A stretch of 64,000 nt of DNA from NCBI GenBank assembly GCA_034101145.1, contig JAXEKG010000003.1, forward strand, positions 135,419-199,418, written 5' to 3'. Below, piece after piece: positions 10,232 to 18,647 of the stretch. Origin of the DNA: Eubacteriales bacterium (lineage in GTDB: Bacteria > Bacillota > Clostridia > Oscillospirales > CAG-272). Position 1 is the first letter of the stretch. Every line of letters begins with the position of its first letter. The notes below the pieces were generated by a model. The model worked only from the letters and a program-made list of their open reading frames with translations. It ran no database searches and was not told the origin of the DNA. The position numbers were made by a program, and so were the translations under genes.

Positions 10232-11194
10232 ATGGCTGTCTCATCGTTTTTACTGATGTTGTTTTATTCCCTTACAATCACCGGTTCGTCGTGTATGTCA
10301 AAGCTATACACCCGTTCCTGCCGCCCCGTGAGCGCAAACAACAGCATTTATCTTTTTTTAAACGCATTATTTGCGTGTGTTTACTTCGCCGTATCGGTCC
10401 GATTCTCTCTGATTTTCGACTGGCAGATAGCAAAATACAGTATTATATACGCTCTGCTTATAAGCTCGCATATAATTATAAATTTGCTTACTTTGAGAGC
10501 TATGACTCTCGTGCTTTACCTTGTTTTTGAGGGCTTCGGCTCAACAATACTGCCGTGCATTGCTGAAATCATTGTATTTAAGACGGAAATAACTCTGCAA
10601 ATCATCATTGCCATCGTCCTTATGTCACTCGCAATTTTTCTTCCTGTACTATCGGCAAAAAAGATTGGACTGAACCCAAAGGTAGTTATTCTCGGTATAT
10701 TTGTTATGTTTTTTTCCGGGTCGGCAAACTTTTTCGGCAAATTCATCGTTGCAAACGAGCATGTAAACGAGAATGCGCCTTCCCTTTTCTTTTTTACAAA
10801 TGCTTTTATGCTGATAATTCCGATAATACTCGTGGCACGTTCGATTGCGCAAAGCAAAAGTATAATTGTTGAAAAGCAATATATAGACAATCTAACACCC
10901 GAAAAAAGGCAGAAAAAAAGTTTTTACGACAAATTTCATGCAGTTTTCCCCGGATTCACGATTCTTTCCTTGCTTTGCGTGGTTATTTGCACATTTTGTT
11001 CAAACAGTGGCTCCCTCCTTAATATAGTGCTTTTGCGTAGAATTTCCATAACACTATTATCGATTTCGAGCCGTGCGTTTTCGCTTTTGTTTTCATTTTT
11101 AGCGTCTGTTTTTCTTTTTAAGGAAAAAATTTGTCCAACCGAGGTGGTTGCACTTTCATTATCACTCGCAGGAAGTATCGTAATTATCATTTAA
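10232..11194 (+). CDS. Polytopic membrane protein, possibly DMT/EamA-like transporter
   Basis: 320 aa with about 10 hydrophobic segments in two halves. Divergent from the AraC gene. Family assignment is a guess from topology only. Confidence 0.45.
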   Translation: MAVSSFLLMLFYSLTITGSSCMSKLYTRSCRPVSANNSIYLFLNALFACVYFAVSVRFSLIFDWQIAKYSIIYALLISSHIIINLLTLRAMTLVLYLVFEGFGSTILPCIAEIIVFKTEITLQIIIAIVLMSLAIFLPVLSAKKIGLNPKVVILGIFVMFFSGSANFFGKFIVANEHVNENAPSLFFFTNAFMLIIPIILVARSIAQSKSIIVEKQYIDNLTPEKRQKKSFYDKFHAVFPGFTILSLLCVVICTFCSNSGSLLNIVLLRRISITLLSISSRAFSLLFSFLASVFLFKEKICPTEVVALSLSLAGSIVIII

Positions 11195-11205
11195 TTCCTC
11201 CATCA

Positions 11206-11236
11206 GCGCCGATATATCTCGGCGTTTTTGTTTTTA
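11206..11236 (+). terminator. Rho-independent terminator
   Basis: CGCCGATA/TATCGGCG stem followed by TTTTTGTTTTT. Confidence 0.8.
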
Positions 11237-11240
11237 AGAT

Positions 11241-11256
11241 TGTTTCACGTGAAACA
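11241..11256. promoter_or_regulatory. parS centromere-like site (perfect)
   Basis: TGTTTCACGTGAAACA is a perfect 16-bp palindrome matching the Firmicutes parS consensus TGTTNCACGTGAAACA. Confidence 0.85.
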
Positions 11257-11330
11257 TTATGTGACACTAAACTGCATTTATCGACTTCAAAAAGCCTTTT
11301 CAAAAACATAAATTTCCTATACGCAATTAC

Positions 11331-11359
11331 TTGACATGTATTTACGCAAATGATATAAT
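11331..11359 (+). promoter_or_regulatory. Consensus sigma-A promoter upstream of soj
   Basis: TTGACA, 17 nt, TATAAT; 32 nt upstream of the soj ATG. Confidence 0.65.
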
Positions 11360-11391
11360 TATTTGTAACAGAAAAAGGAGATTTTTGCAAA

Positions 11392-12153
11392 ATGGGTTCA
11401 ATAGTTTCTTTCGCCAACCAGAAGGGCGGTGTCGGAAAATCAACTTCTGCCATTAACGTTGCTGCACAAATCGGAAAAAACGGGAAGAAGGTTCTCCTTG
11501 TAGACCTCGATCCGCAAGGGAACGCAACAAGTGGAGTAGGCATAGCCAAAAACTCTATAAAAAAATCGGTGTACGACGTTTTGATTGGTACCGCAGACAT
11601 TCGGGATGTGATAAATGCAACCGAAAGCCGCAATCTTTTTGTCGTTCCGTCCACAATATCGCTTGTAGGCGCGGAATTTGATTTGCAGGCATTCGAAAAA
11701 AGAGAGTTTTGTGTCAAAAATGCTCTTGAAACAATAAGAGATGAATACGACTACATATTTATCGACTGTCCGCCAACACTCGGGCTTTTAACCATAAACG
11801 CTCTGGTAGCATCCGACGGAGTCATTGTCCCCATGCAGTGCGAATATTTTGCACTGGAAGGCCTGTCTCAGCTAATGCTCACTATCCGTAAGGTTAGACA
11901 GTATTACAATAGTACCCTTGAAATAACAGGAATATTGTTGACAATGTATAACTCGCGCTTTGTTTTGACAAATCAGGTTGTCGCCGAACTCAAAAAGTAT
12001 TACGACGGTAAACTCTTCGAACAAAAAATTTCTCGTTCGGTAAAACTATCGGAAGCTCCCGGTTTCGGCGAACCCATATGTTATTTTGCACCGTACTCCA
12101 AGGGCGGCCTTGAGTATAAGAATCTCGCAGATGAGATAATGATGAGAATATAA
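11392..12153 (+). CDS. soj: Chromosome partitioning ATPase ParA/Soj
   Basis: Deviant Walker A NQKGGVGKSTSAINV, plus DLDPQGN and IDCPP motifs. Confidence 0.93.
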   Translation: MGSIVSFANQKGGVGKSTSAINVAAQIGKNGKKVLLVDLDPQGNATSGVGIAKNSIKKSVYDVLIGTADIRDVINATESRNLFVVPSTISLVGAEFDLQAFEKREFCVKNALETIRDEYDYIFIDCPPTLGLLTINALVASDGVIVPMQCEYFALEGLSQLMLTIRKVRQYYNSTLEITGILLTMYNSRFVLTNQVVAELKKYYDGKLFEQKISRSVKLSEAPGFGEPICYFAPYSKGGLEYKNLADEIMMRI

Positions 12154-12170
12154 TCTATATTTCGACAAAA

Positions 12171-12186
12171 TGTTTCACGTGAAACT
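12171..12186. promoter_or_regulatory. parS site (15/16 match)
   Basis: TGTTTCACGTGAAACT lies between soj and spo0J. Confidence 0.75.
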
Positions 12187-12234
12187 TTTGTAAAAACACT
12201 AATTGCATAATGATGCTTATAAGGAGAGAATATT

Positions 12235-13125
12235 ATGGCAAAATTTTCGGGTTTAGGAAAAGGCATTGACGCTATTTTCCTCGAAAATACAGTTACAGAC
12301 GACGGTAATCCGGGTATTGTAAAACTAAAACTGTCAAACATAGAAGCGAAGGCAAACCAACCGAGAAAAAACTTTGACGAAGCATCTCTCGCAGCACTTG
12401 CCGATTCAATAGCTACTCACGGACTTATTCAACCAATAATTGTTCGTGAAATAATAGACGGCAGATATCAGATTGTTGCAGGTGAACGACGTTTCAGAGC
12501 CTCAAAAATTGCCGGCCTTACAGAAATTCCCGCCATTATTATCGACGCGGACGAGCTCAAGACCTCGCAGATAGCCCTCATAGAGAATATTCAGAGAGAA
12601 AACCTTAATCCTCTTGAAGAAGCTATGGCGTATCGCTCACTGGCAGAGCAATTTGATATGACGCAGGAGGAAATCTCAAAACAGATAGGAAAATCGAGAA
12701 GCGCAATTGCAAACATGCTTCGTCTGCTTGATTTGCCCGAAGATTTGCTCTCTTACGTCGCCTCCGGTGAGCTTTCCGCAGGCCATGCACGCGCGCTTTT
12801 ATCCCTTGACGATACTGCCGACATGATTATGCTTGCCAATAAAATTATAGAGCTTCAGCTTTCCGTTCGTGCAACCGAAGAAGCGGTAAAAAAGATGAAA
12901 AAAGCTAAAGCAGCAGAGAAGGATGCCGAGACTTCGGCAAAAAAGCCTATGGTGGTTGACTACGTACGTGAGCTTGAGCTGAAAATGATGAGCACGCTTG
13001 GACGCCGTGTTTCCATATCAGATACGGGGAAGAAAAAAACCGTAACGCTGTTCTATGAGGACAACGATGACCTTCAGAATCTTCTGAAAGCAATTTGCGG
13101 TGAAAAATTCGTTGAAGAAATATAA
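12235..13125 (+). CDS. spo0J: Chromosome partitioning protein ParB/Spo0J
   Basis: NQPRKNFD, LIQPIIVR, AGERRFRASKIAG and an HTH (QEEISKQIGKSRSAIANMLRLL). Confidence 0.93.
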   Translation: MAKFSGLGKGIDAIFLENTVTDDGNPGIVKLKLSNIEAKANQPRKNFDEASLAALADSIATHGLIQPIIVREIIDGRYQIVAGERRFRASKIAGLTEIPAIIIDADELKTSQIALIENIQRENLNPLEEAMAYRSLAEQFDMTQEEISKQIGKSRSAIANMLRLLDLPEDLLSYVASGELSAGHARALLSLDDTADMIMLANKIIELQLSVRATEEAVKKMKKAKAAEKDAETSAKKPMVVDYVRELELKMMSTLGRRVSISDTGKKKTVTLFYEDNDDLQNLLKAICGEKFVEEI

Positions 13126-13167
13126 AATTCGCCAAAATTCGAACAAAAAACATGAGAGGAACGGAAA

Positions 13168-13701
13168 ATGTGGGACAAAATACTCTCTTTTCTGAACAAA
13201 ATCGACGATAAATTTTTCTCCTTTGACGTAACACAATATGAAAACCTCAATTTCTCGACTAACAAAATGAACAGTATTCCGAAAATAATCCTTGCCATTG
13301 GGTTAGGGATAATAATTGCCTCGATTATCGCATATTATCACAAGTCGGTACTCGGTTCTGTCATTCGCGCTCTGGATAAGTCGGGAGCTGTCGGCAGTGA
13401 AAATGCAACAAAGCTCTCTTCCGTCGGAATAAAACGCACAGGTTTTTTTGAAAAAAGGTTAAAACGAGACACATCTTTACCAAAATATGTTAATTTTGTA
13501 TTTGAATCAGATGATTCCTATAAATACTACCTCGTTCCCGAGAAGATAGAAGAGGCGCTCTCACGTTATTCAAACAGGGGATCCGATTTGCGTTATCTTA
13601 TTATGACTGTCGTAATAACCGTCGCGGTCGTCTCTCTGTTGCTGTCATTCCGTTTCGAGGTTGCCTCCGCACTCAACTTTCTGTTCGGACTTTTCAGATA
13701 A
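13168..13701 (+). CDS. Hypothetical two-TM membrane protein
   Basis: 177 aa with a GAGAGGA-type SD. Hydrophobic helices at IPKIILAIGLGIIIASIIAYY and LIMTVVITVAVVSLLLSF. It is co-oriented and directly downstream of spo0J. Confidence 0.55.
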   Translation: MWDKILSFLNKIDDKFFSFDVTQYENLNFSTNKMNSIPKIILAIGLGIIIASIIAYYHKSVLGSVIRALDKSGAVGSENATKLSSVGIKRTGFFEKRLKRDTSLPKYVNFVFESDDSYKYYLVPEKIEEALSRYSNRGSDLRYLIMTVVITVAVVSLLLSFRFEVASALNFLFGLFR

Positions 13702-13715
13702 CTTTTGAGAAAACG

Positions 13716-13836
13716 AAAAGGGGCTTAGTCAAACTGAATTTTGATTTTCCCTATATAAAGTAAAAACAAGGTCAATTTGTTCGCTTTGACCTTGTTTTTT
13801 ACGTCTTGCCGTTCGCAATTTGTCATTATATGCTGT
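13716..13836. repeat. Composite intergenic module, copy 2 (includes bidirectional terminator ~13762-13800)
   Basis: AAAAGGGGCTTAGTCAAACTGAATTTTGATTTTCCCTATATAAAG, terminator ACAAGGTCAA...TTGACCTTGT + T-run, then ...CGTTCGCAATTTGTCATTAT. Same order and orientation as copy 1. Confidence 0.5.
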
Positions 13837-14580
13837 TTATTTTTTATGCTCGAGGACAGAAAAACTGTATTCTTCGCCCGTGCTTGTTTTTATTCTTCCG
13901 ACAGTGCCTGCGAAGTGGAGAGATGAAAATTTTTTTGCATACGCATACATTTTATCCGTATTTAGAATTTCTTCCGTTTTATCGGCTCTTCTGATACCCT
14001 CTGTTACCGAATCCGTCCTTTTTTTAACCGCCGTATCAGACAGACGGTCTATGCCCTCGCCGATTGCCTTTACGGTTGCTTCCTTTGCGCAGAAAACATC
14101 GTAAAAATCAAGCGCCTGTTCCTCATTTGTGAAGAGCTTGTTCGCTAATTTTTGAGTATCACGCAAAACTCCGCGTTTCTGCACGTCCGCCCCAATCTCC
14201 TTTTCCGACAGCGCCGCCATAACGATATTGCCGCTGTGAGATATGGAGAAGAAAAGGTCATTATGTTCGAAATACGGTTTTCCGTTTTCATTTCTTTTTA
14301 TTCTTTCGAGCGGAGTTATAAAATCCGGGGTTTTCACCTTAAAATACCCGTTTTGTTTGTCTTTTTTTTTGTATTCGGAAACGAGGGAGGAGAGCAGAGC
14401 GTAAGCATACAGATGCCTCACCCTGTCATTGTCTCGCCGTATCCTCTCCGAATACGAAATCTCATTATCAGAGAAAGCGAAAATACGCCCTACCGACTCC
14501 TCATATAACTCATTGTCTATACGGAGCCCGCTGTCACAAACGACCGAGGCTTCGGACACGTCAAAAAACGAATATATCAT
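13837..14580 (-). CDS. 4'-phosphopantetheinyl transferase, Sfp-type
   Basis: GKPYF, FSISHSG, GADVQ and FCAKEATVKAIGEG (the W/F-x-x-KE-A-x-x-K motif). The start ATG overlaps the RNase J stop (ATGA). Confidence 0.8.
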   Translation of the reverse strand: MIYSFFDVSEASVVCDSGLRIDNELYEESVGRIFAFSDNEISYSERIRRDNDRVRHLYAYALLSSLVSEYKKKDKQNGYFKVKTPDFITPLERIKRNENGKPYFEHNDLFFSISHSGNIVMAALSEKEIGADVQKRGVLRDTQKLANKLFTNEEQALDFYDVFCAKEATVKAIGEGIDRLSDTAVKKRTDSVTEGIRRADKTEEILNTDKMYAYAKKFSSLHFAGTVGRIKTSTGEEYSFSVLEHKK

Positions 14581-16781
14581 ATGTTCATTATTATGGGCAG
14601 AATCATCGGGCGACGCTTTGTTTTATTAAACAAAAATCTCGACAAATCGTCTCTTACGTCCGACTTTATCTGCATCCAGTCGTACGTACCGTGCGAAAAG
14701 CATCTCTCTATAGCATTTACGGTTATCTTACGTGCGGACTCAATGAGATCCTCCGCCTCCCGTACGTATATGAAGCCCCTGGACACAATATCCGGTCCCG
14801 AGAGTATGGTTCCGCCCTCCATGTCCAAAGTAGCGACAACGACGATAAGTCCGTCCTGAGAAAGATGTTTTCTGTCGCGGAGAACGATATTTCCGACGTC
14901 ACCGACGCCCGAACCGTCAACGAACGTTCTTCCCGAGGGAACCGTACCCACGAAGTTTGCGCCGTATCTGTCAACTTCGAGAACACGTCCTATATCGGAC
15001 ACAAATACGTTTGCCGGATTCATGCCCATGAACTCCGCAATTTCCTTATGTGCATAGAGATGTCTGCTCTCGCCGTGTATTGGCATAAAAAACTTCGGAC
15101 GTACCAAAGCGTGCATGAGTTTTAATTCCTCACAGCACGCATGCCCGGATACGTGTATAAAGTCGGCGGTCGAATCGTTGACAACCTTGATTCCGCTTTT
15201 GACGAGCGCATTTACTATTTTTCCGACAAGCTTTTCGTTTCCCGGTATTGCACTCGAGCTGAGTATCACGACGTCGCGCGCAGAGAGCTGCACCTTATCG
15301 TGCTCTCCAAACGCCATGCGATATAGTCCCGACATCGGCTCTCCCTGACTGCCCGTCGTAACTATGGTGAGCTGTTCCGGATTGAATCTCTTTATTTCAC
15401 CGATATTTATAATAGTCCCCTCGGGAACCCGCATATAACCGAGCTCGACGGCTGCCGAGACGATATTCTCCATGCTCCTGCCGAGAACCGCAACCTTACG
15501 GTTATGTTTTACGCTGACGTCTATTATCTGCTGAACTCTATGAACGTTTGACGAGAAAGTTGCTATGACGAGTCTCTTGTCCGTGTTCTGCATGAATACC
15601 TGCTCAAGGGAGTTTCCGACTTTCTTTTCTGACGGGGTAAATCCCGGTCTTTCCGCATTCGTCGATTCGCAGAGCATAAGTGTTACTCCCTCGTTGCCTA
15701 TCTCTCCTATACGGGTAATATCCATCATCTTTCCGTCTATCGGTGAAACGTCGAGCTTGAAGTCTCCCGAATGGAATATATTGCCCGCAGGAGTGCGAAG
15801 GAGTATTGCGCAGGAGTCCGCTATCGAATGATTTACGTGTATGAACTCCGCCATGAAATCGCCGAGTTTCACCGTATCGCCCGCCTCGATGGGGCATAGT
15901 CTCGGTCTCTCGGGCAGGGTTGTCTCCGCAAGCTTCTTTTCTATTATTCCGATAGCAAGTCGGCTGCCGTATACGGGTGCGTTAACTGTTTTGAGCAGAT
16001 AAGGGATGCCTCCTATATGGTCCTCGTGTCCGTGGGTTATGAGGACGGCTCTCACCTTTTCTCTGTTTTTTTCAAGATATGAAAAGTCCGGTATAACCAA
16101 ATCTATTCCGAGCATGTCATCGTCAGGAAATGCCAGTCCGCAGTCAATAACTACGATATCGTTATCCGTTTCAAAAACGGTTATGTTTTTTCCTATCTCA
16201 CCGAGGCCTCCGAGGCTGATTACACGAACCTTGCCGTTCTTTTCGTTTTTCTTTCGTTTGTCGCGGTTTTTTTCTGCTTTTGGCGGTATGGCTGTCGCAT
16301 TTTCCTTAACAGGCGCGCCGGCTTTCGGTTGAGCGCCGCTTGTTCGCTTTGCATCCGCCCGCGACGTGTTCTCCTGTGCGGACGCGGTTTTCGGTTGAGC
16401 GCCGTTTGTTCGCTTTGCGTCCGCACGCGAAGCATTTTCCTGCGCGGATGCGGCTTTCGGTTGGGCACCGCTTGTTCGCTTTGCATCCGCACGCGAAGCA
16501 TTTTCCTGCGCGGACGCAGGTTTCGGTTGGGCGCCGCTTGTTCGCTTTGCGTCCGCACGCGAAGCATTTTCCTGCGCGGATGCGGCTTTCGGTGTTTTTT
16601 GTTTATCAGTCTTTTTCTTCTTGCCAAAATAACCGCCGTTGGATATTTTTTCGTTGCCCGTTTCTTTTTGCGTATTTGAGAGCTCTTTATCCCTTTTTTG
16701 GCTTTTCGCGCTGCTGTTCTGAAATCTTTTTTTCTTTTTGTTTTCGTTGTTCTTCTTTTCTTTTACTGTTATATTGTCCAT
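14577..16781 (-). CDS. rnj: Ribonuclease J with a ~190-aa basic repeat-containing N-terminal extension
   Basis: The core starts at KVRVISLGGLGEIGKNITVF. It has a metallo-beta-lactamase HGHEDHIGG motif and a beta-CASP region. No alternative start is visible near the core, so the extension is probably translated. Confidence 0.9.
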   Translation of the reverse strand: MDNITVKEKKNNENKKKKRFQNSSAKSQKRDKELSNTQKETGNEKISNGGYFGKKKKTDKQKTPKAASAQENASRADAKRTSGAQPKPASAQENASRADAKRTSGAQPKAASAQENASRADAKRTNGAQPKTASAQENTSRADAKRTSGAQPKAGAPVKENATAIPPKAEKNRDKRKKNEKNGKVRVISLGGLGEIGKNITVFETDNDIVVIDCGLAFPDDDMLGIDLVIPDFSYLEKNREKVRAVLITHGHEDHIGGIPYLLKTVNAPVYGSRLAIGIIEKKLAETTLPERPRLCPIEAGDTVKLGDFMAEFIHVNHSIADSCAILLRTPAGNIFHSGDFKLDVSPIDGKMMDITRIGEIGNEGVTLMLCESTNAERPGFTPSEKKVGNSLEQVFMQNTDKRLVIATFSSNVHRVQQIIDVSVKHNRKVAVLGRSMENIVSAAVELGYMRVPEGTIINIGEIKRFNPEQLTIVTTGSQGEPMSGLYRMAFGEHDKVQLSARDVVILSSSAIPGNEKLVGKIVNALVKSGIKVVNDSTADFIHVSGHACCEELKLMHALVRPKFFMPIHGESRHLYAHKEIAEFMGMNPANVFVSDIGRVLEVDRYGANFVGTVPSGRTFVDGSGVGDVGNIVLRDRKHLSQDGLIVVVATLDMEGGTILSGPDIVSRGFIYVREAEDLIESARKITVNAIERCFSHGTYDWMQIKSDVRDDLSRFLFNKTKRRPMILPIIMNI
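16318..16594. repeat. Tandem 66-bp repeat, about 4.1 copies, in frame inside rnj
   Basis: TTTCGGTTG anchors recur at 16323, 16389, 16455, 16521 and 16587 (period 66). The repeat encodes ASAQENASRADAKRTSGAQPK(P/A/T) x4. Confidence 0.9.
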
Positions 16782-17018
16782 AAAAAATCACGGCCTTACG
16801 AGCGTACATGCGTCCAAGGCTCGGAAAAACGCATGCAAAAATCGCCGTTTTAAGACGGCAAATCACACATACATCCGTCGCCATAGCAACCAACGCCCAC
16901 GTGCTATGCAGGACGGAATTTTTAACTTTCGTTATATATTATATTTATTATAACATAAAATTTTGACAAATGCAAGCGAATTTTGTCCCCTTGCGTTTTT
17001 CAAAGATATGATATTTAC

Positions 17019-17270
17019 TTACAAAAGAATAATAGACATAATCAGAGCGCAGACACCCGCGCCGAAAAGAAAAGAAAGAGCGAGGGGGAGGGCAGACATC
17101 AGCTTTCTCCTGCCGGGGTGAGTGTTCTCCTCGAGTATTCTGTTTGCCTCACAAATAATGTCGGTTTCGCTGCCGATATAGTCGTCCTTGAGAATAAAAT
17201 ATGCCGTCTCGAACATATCGCTTCCCGTATTTTTCATGAGAACGGCGTTTCTTCTGTATCCCTTAACCAT
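17019..17270 (-). CDS. Small hypothetical protein with C-terminal TM anchor
   Basis: MVKGYRRNAVLMKNTGSDMFETAYFILKDD...LPLALSFLFGAGVCALIMSIILL. AAGGAAAGGA SD precedes ATG 17270. Confidence 0.5.
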   Translation of the reverse strand: MVKGYRRNAVLMKNTGSDMFETAYFILKDDYIGSETDIICEANRILEENTHPGRRKLMSALPLALSFLFGAGVCALIMSIILL

Positions 17271-17461
17271 GAAACAAATCCTTTCCTTGCCTACTATCAA
17301 AAATATGTATCAACATTTTTGTCCGTATCGATAATATACCCGGAGTATCAGTATGATTATGTATCCCGGCATCGGTTTTTATTCACCCCCATCCGATTTG
17401 TTTTCAAAAACAAAAATGACCGCATATAGCAGTCATTTGAAAATATACATAGGTTTCGTTA

Positions 17462-17857
17462 TTACTGTTTTTTTCCGAACAACCTGGATAATAATCCTCG
17501 GCTCTTTTCTTCGTGGACCTTTTGCGTGTCGTCGGTCCTCCCTTTTCGCTCGGAAAGTGTGTTTCCGACCGAGTATCCATTGATGTTTTGTTTGCCGTCG
17601 GCGCTATCTTTTCGCTTGGAAAAAGTATTTCTGACGGAATATCCGTCCTCGTCGATGTCGACATCGTCGTTTATCAGTTCGTCGAGGGTTACGTTATAAA
17701 GCTTAAGTATTACGGCAACCTTGCGTATATCCGGCAGTGCCTTTCCGCTCTCCCATTTATATACCGTCTGTCTGGATACTCCGCATAGCTGTGCAAACTC
17801 ACTCTGTGTATATCCGTTTATTTTTCTCAAATGAGTCATCTTTTCGTCAAAAGTCAT
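17462..17857 (-). CDS. XRE-family HTH transcriptional regulator
   Basis: LRKINGYTQSEFAQLCGVSRQTVYKWESGKALPDI is an HTH_3 type. The C-terminal tail has an internal GYSV(R/G)NT(F/L)S(K/E)RK repeat. Confidence 0.8.
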   Translation of the reverse strand: MTFDEKMTHLRKINGYTQSEFAQLCGVSRQTVYKWESGKALPDIRKVAVILKLYNVTLDELINDDVDIDEDGYSVRNTFSKRKDSADGKQNINGYSVGNTLSERKGRTDDTQKVHEEKSRGLLSRLFGKKQ

Positions 17858-17895
17858 TTGTTTTTCTCCGTATCAATGGTTTTTTGCGAACATCC

Positions 17896-18615
17896 CTATC
17901 CGACCTTTGCCGACTCAGAATCATATATGCAATAGGTGGGTGTATTGAGTCTGTATTCTCCGTTCTCAAGTCTCATCTCAAGAGTGAGCGTATCCGTGTA
18001 GCCCGGCTTGTTTGCGTCAGGGGTTTTAAGGTACACTTCTATTGTTAACGTAACGGTCCTCTTCGTCCTCTCTCCCATACGGATAGTATCGTATTTATAT
18101 TCAGTTATGCTGTCCCCGATTAAATCGTCGAGCTCCTCTCTTACAAAAAGGGTCCCTTGACTGTCGGCGAGATAGCGGGTATAAACCTCCGTGTACTGAA
18201 TATCGTTGAACGAATCGGTATAGCTGGACCTTTCAAGATAATTTTTTATGAGATTTTCGCACTCGTTTTCCGAATAGACCGAGCGGGTGTATTCTTTGAG
18301 ACTCTCCATGTCGGTAATACCGTATTCTGCAAGAGAAGACATATCCGCCTCCGTAAATCTCTCGTCAACCATGACGGAGCCGCCCTCTTTTTTCGGTATT
18401 CCTTTACCCCAATAAATGCGGTTGAGTATTACCGATTTTTCGATAAGGGCTTTTGCCTGCTTTGTCAGCACCTCGTCGGTATCCTTTATCTGTGTACAGG
18501 AGGAAAGGAGAGGAGAGGCAATCAACAATATAAATATTAATACACACAGATAAAAGGCAATAAATCCTCTCCCCCTATGCGTATAAGCAACCTTGGTTTT
18601 CTCGTCCTCTCTCAT
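17896..18615 (-). CDS. Putative lipoprotein, unknown function
   Basis: Signal peptide with lipobox LLSS|C (FYLCVLIFILLIASPLLSSCTQ). GGAGAG SD. Confidence 0.6.
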   Translation of the reverse strand: MREDEKTKVAYTHRGRGFIAFYLCVLIFILLIASPLLSSCTQIKDTDEVLTKQAKALIEKSVILNRIYWGKGIPKKEGGSVMVDERFTEADMSSLAEYGITDMESLKEYTRSVYSENECENLIKNYLERSSYTDSFNDIQYTEVYTRYLADSQGTLFVREELDDLIGDSITEYKYDTIRMGERTKRTVTLTIEVYLKTPDANKPGYTDTLTLEMRLENGEYRLNTPTYCIYDSESAKVG

Positions 18616-18647
18616 TTTCTCTCCTATCCCTTTTTACGGTTTTGCCG

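Noticed and set aside
16220-16783. Several 108-147-aa ORFs in other frames and on the other strand across the rnj repeat
   Set aside because: Tandem repeats keep multiple frames open. Only the RNase J frame continues into a recognizable protein.
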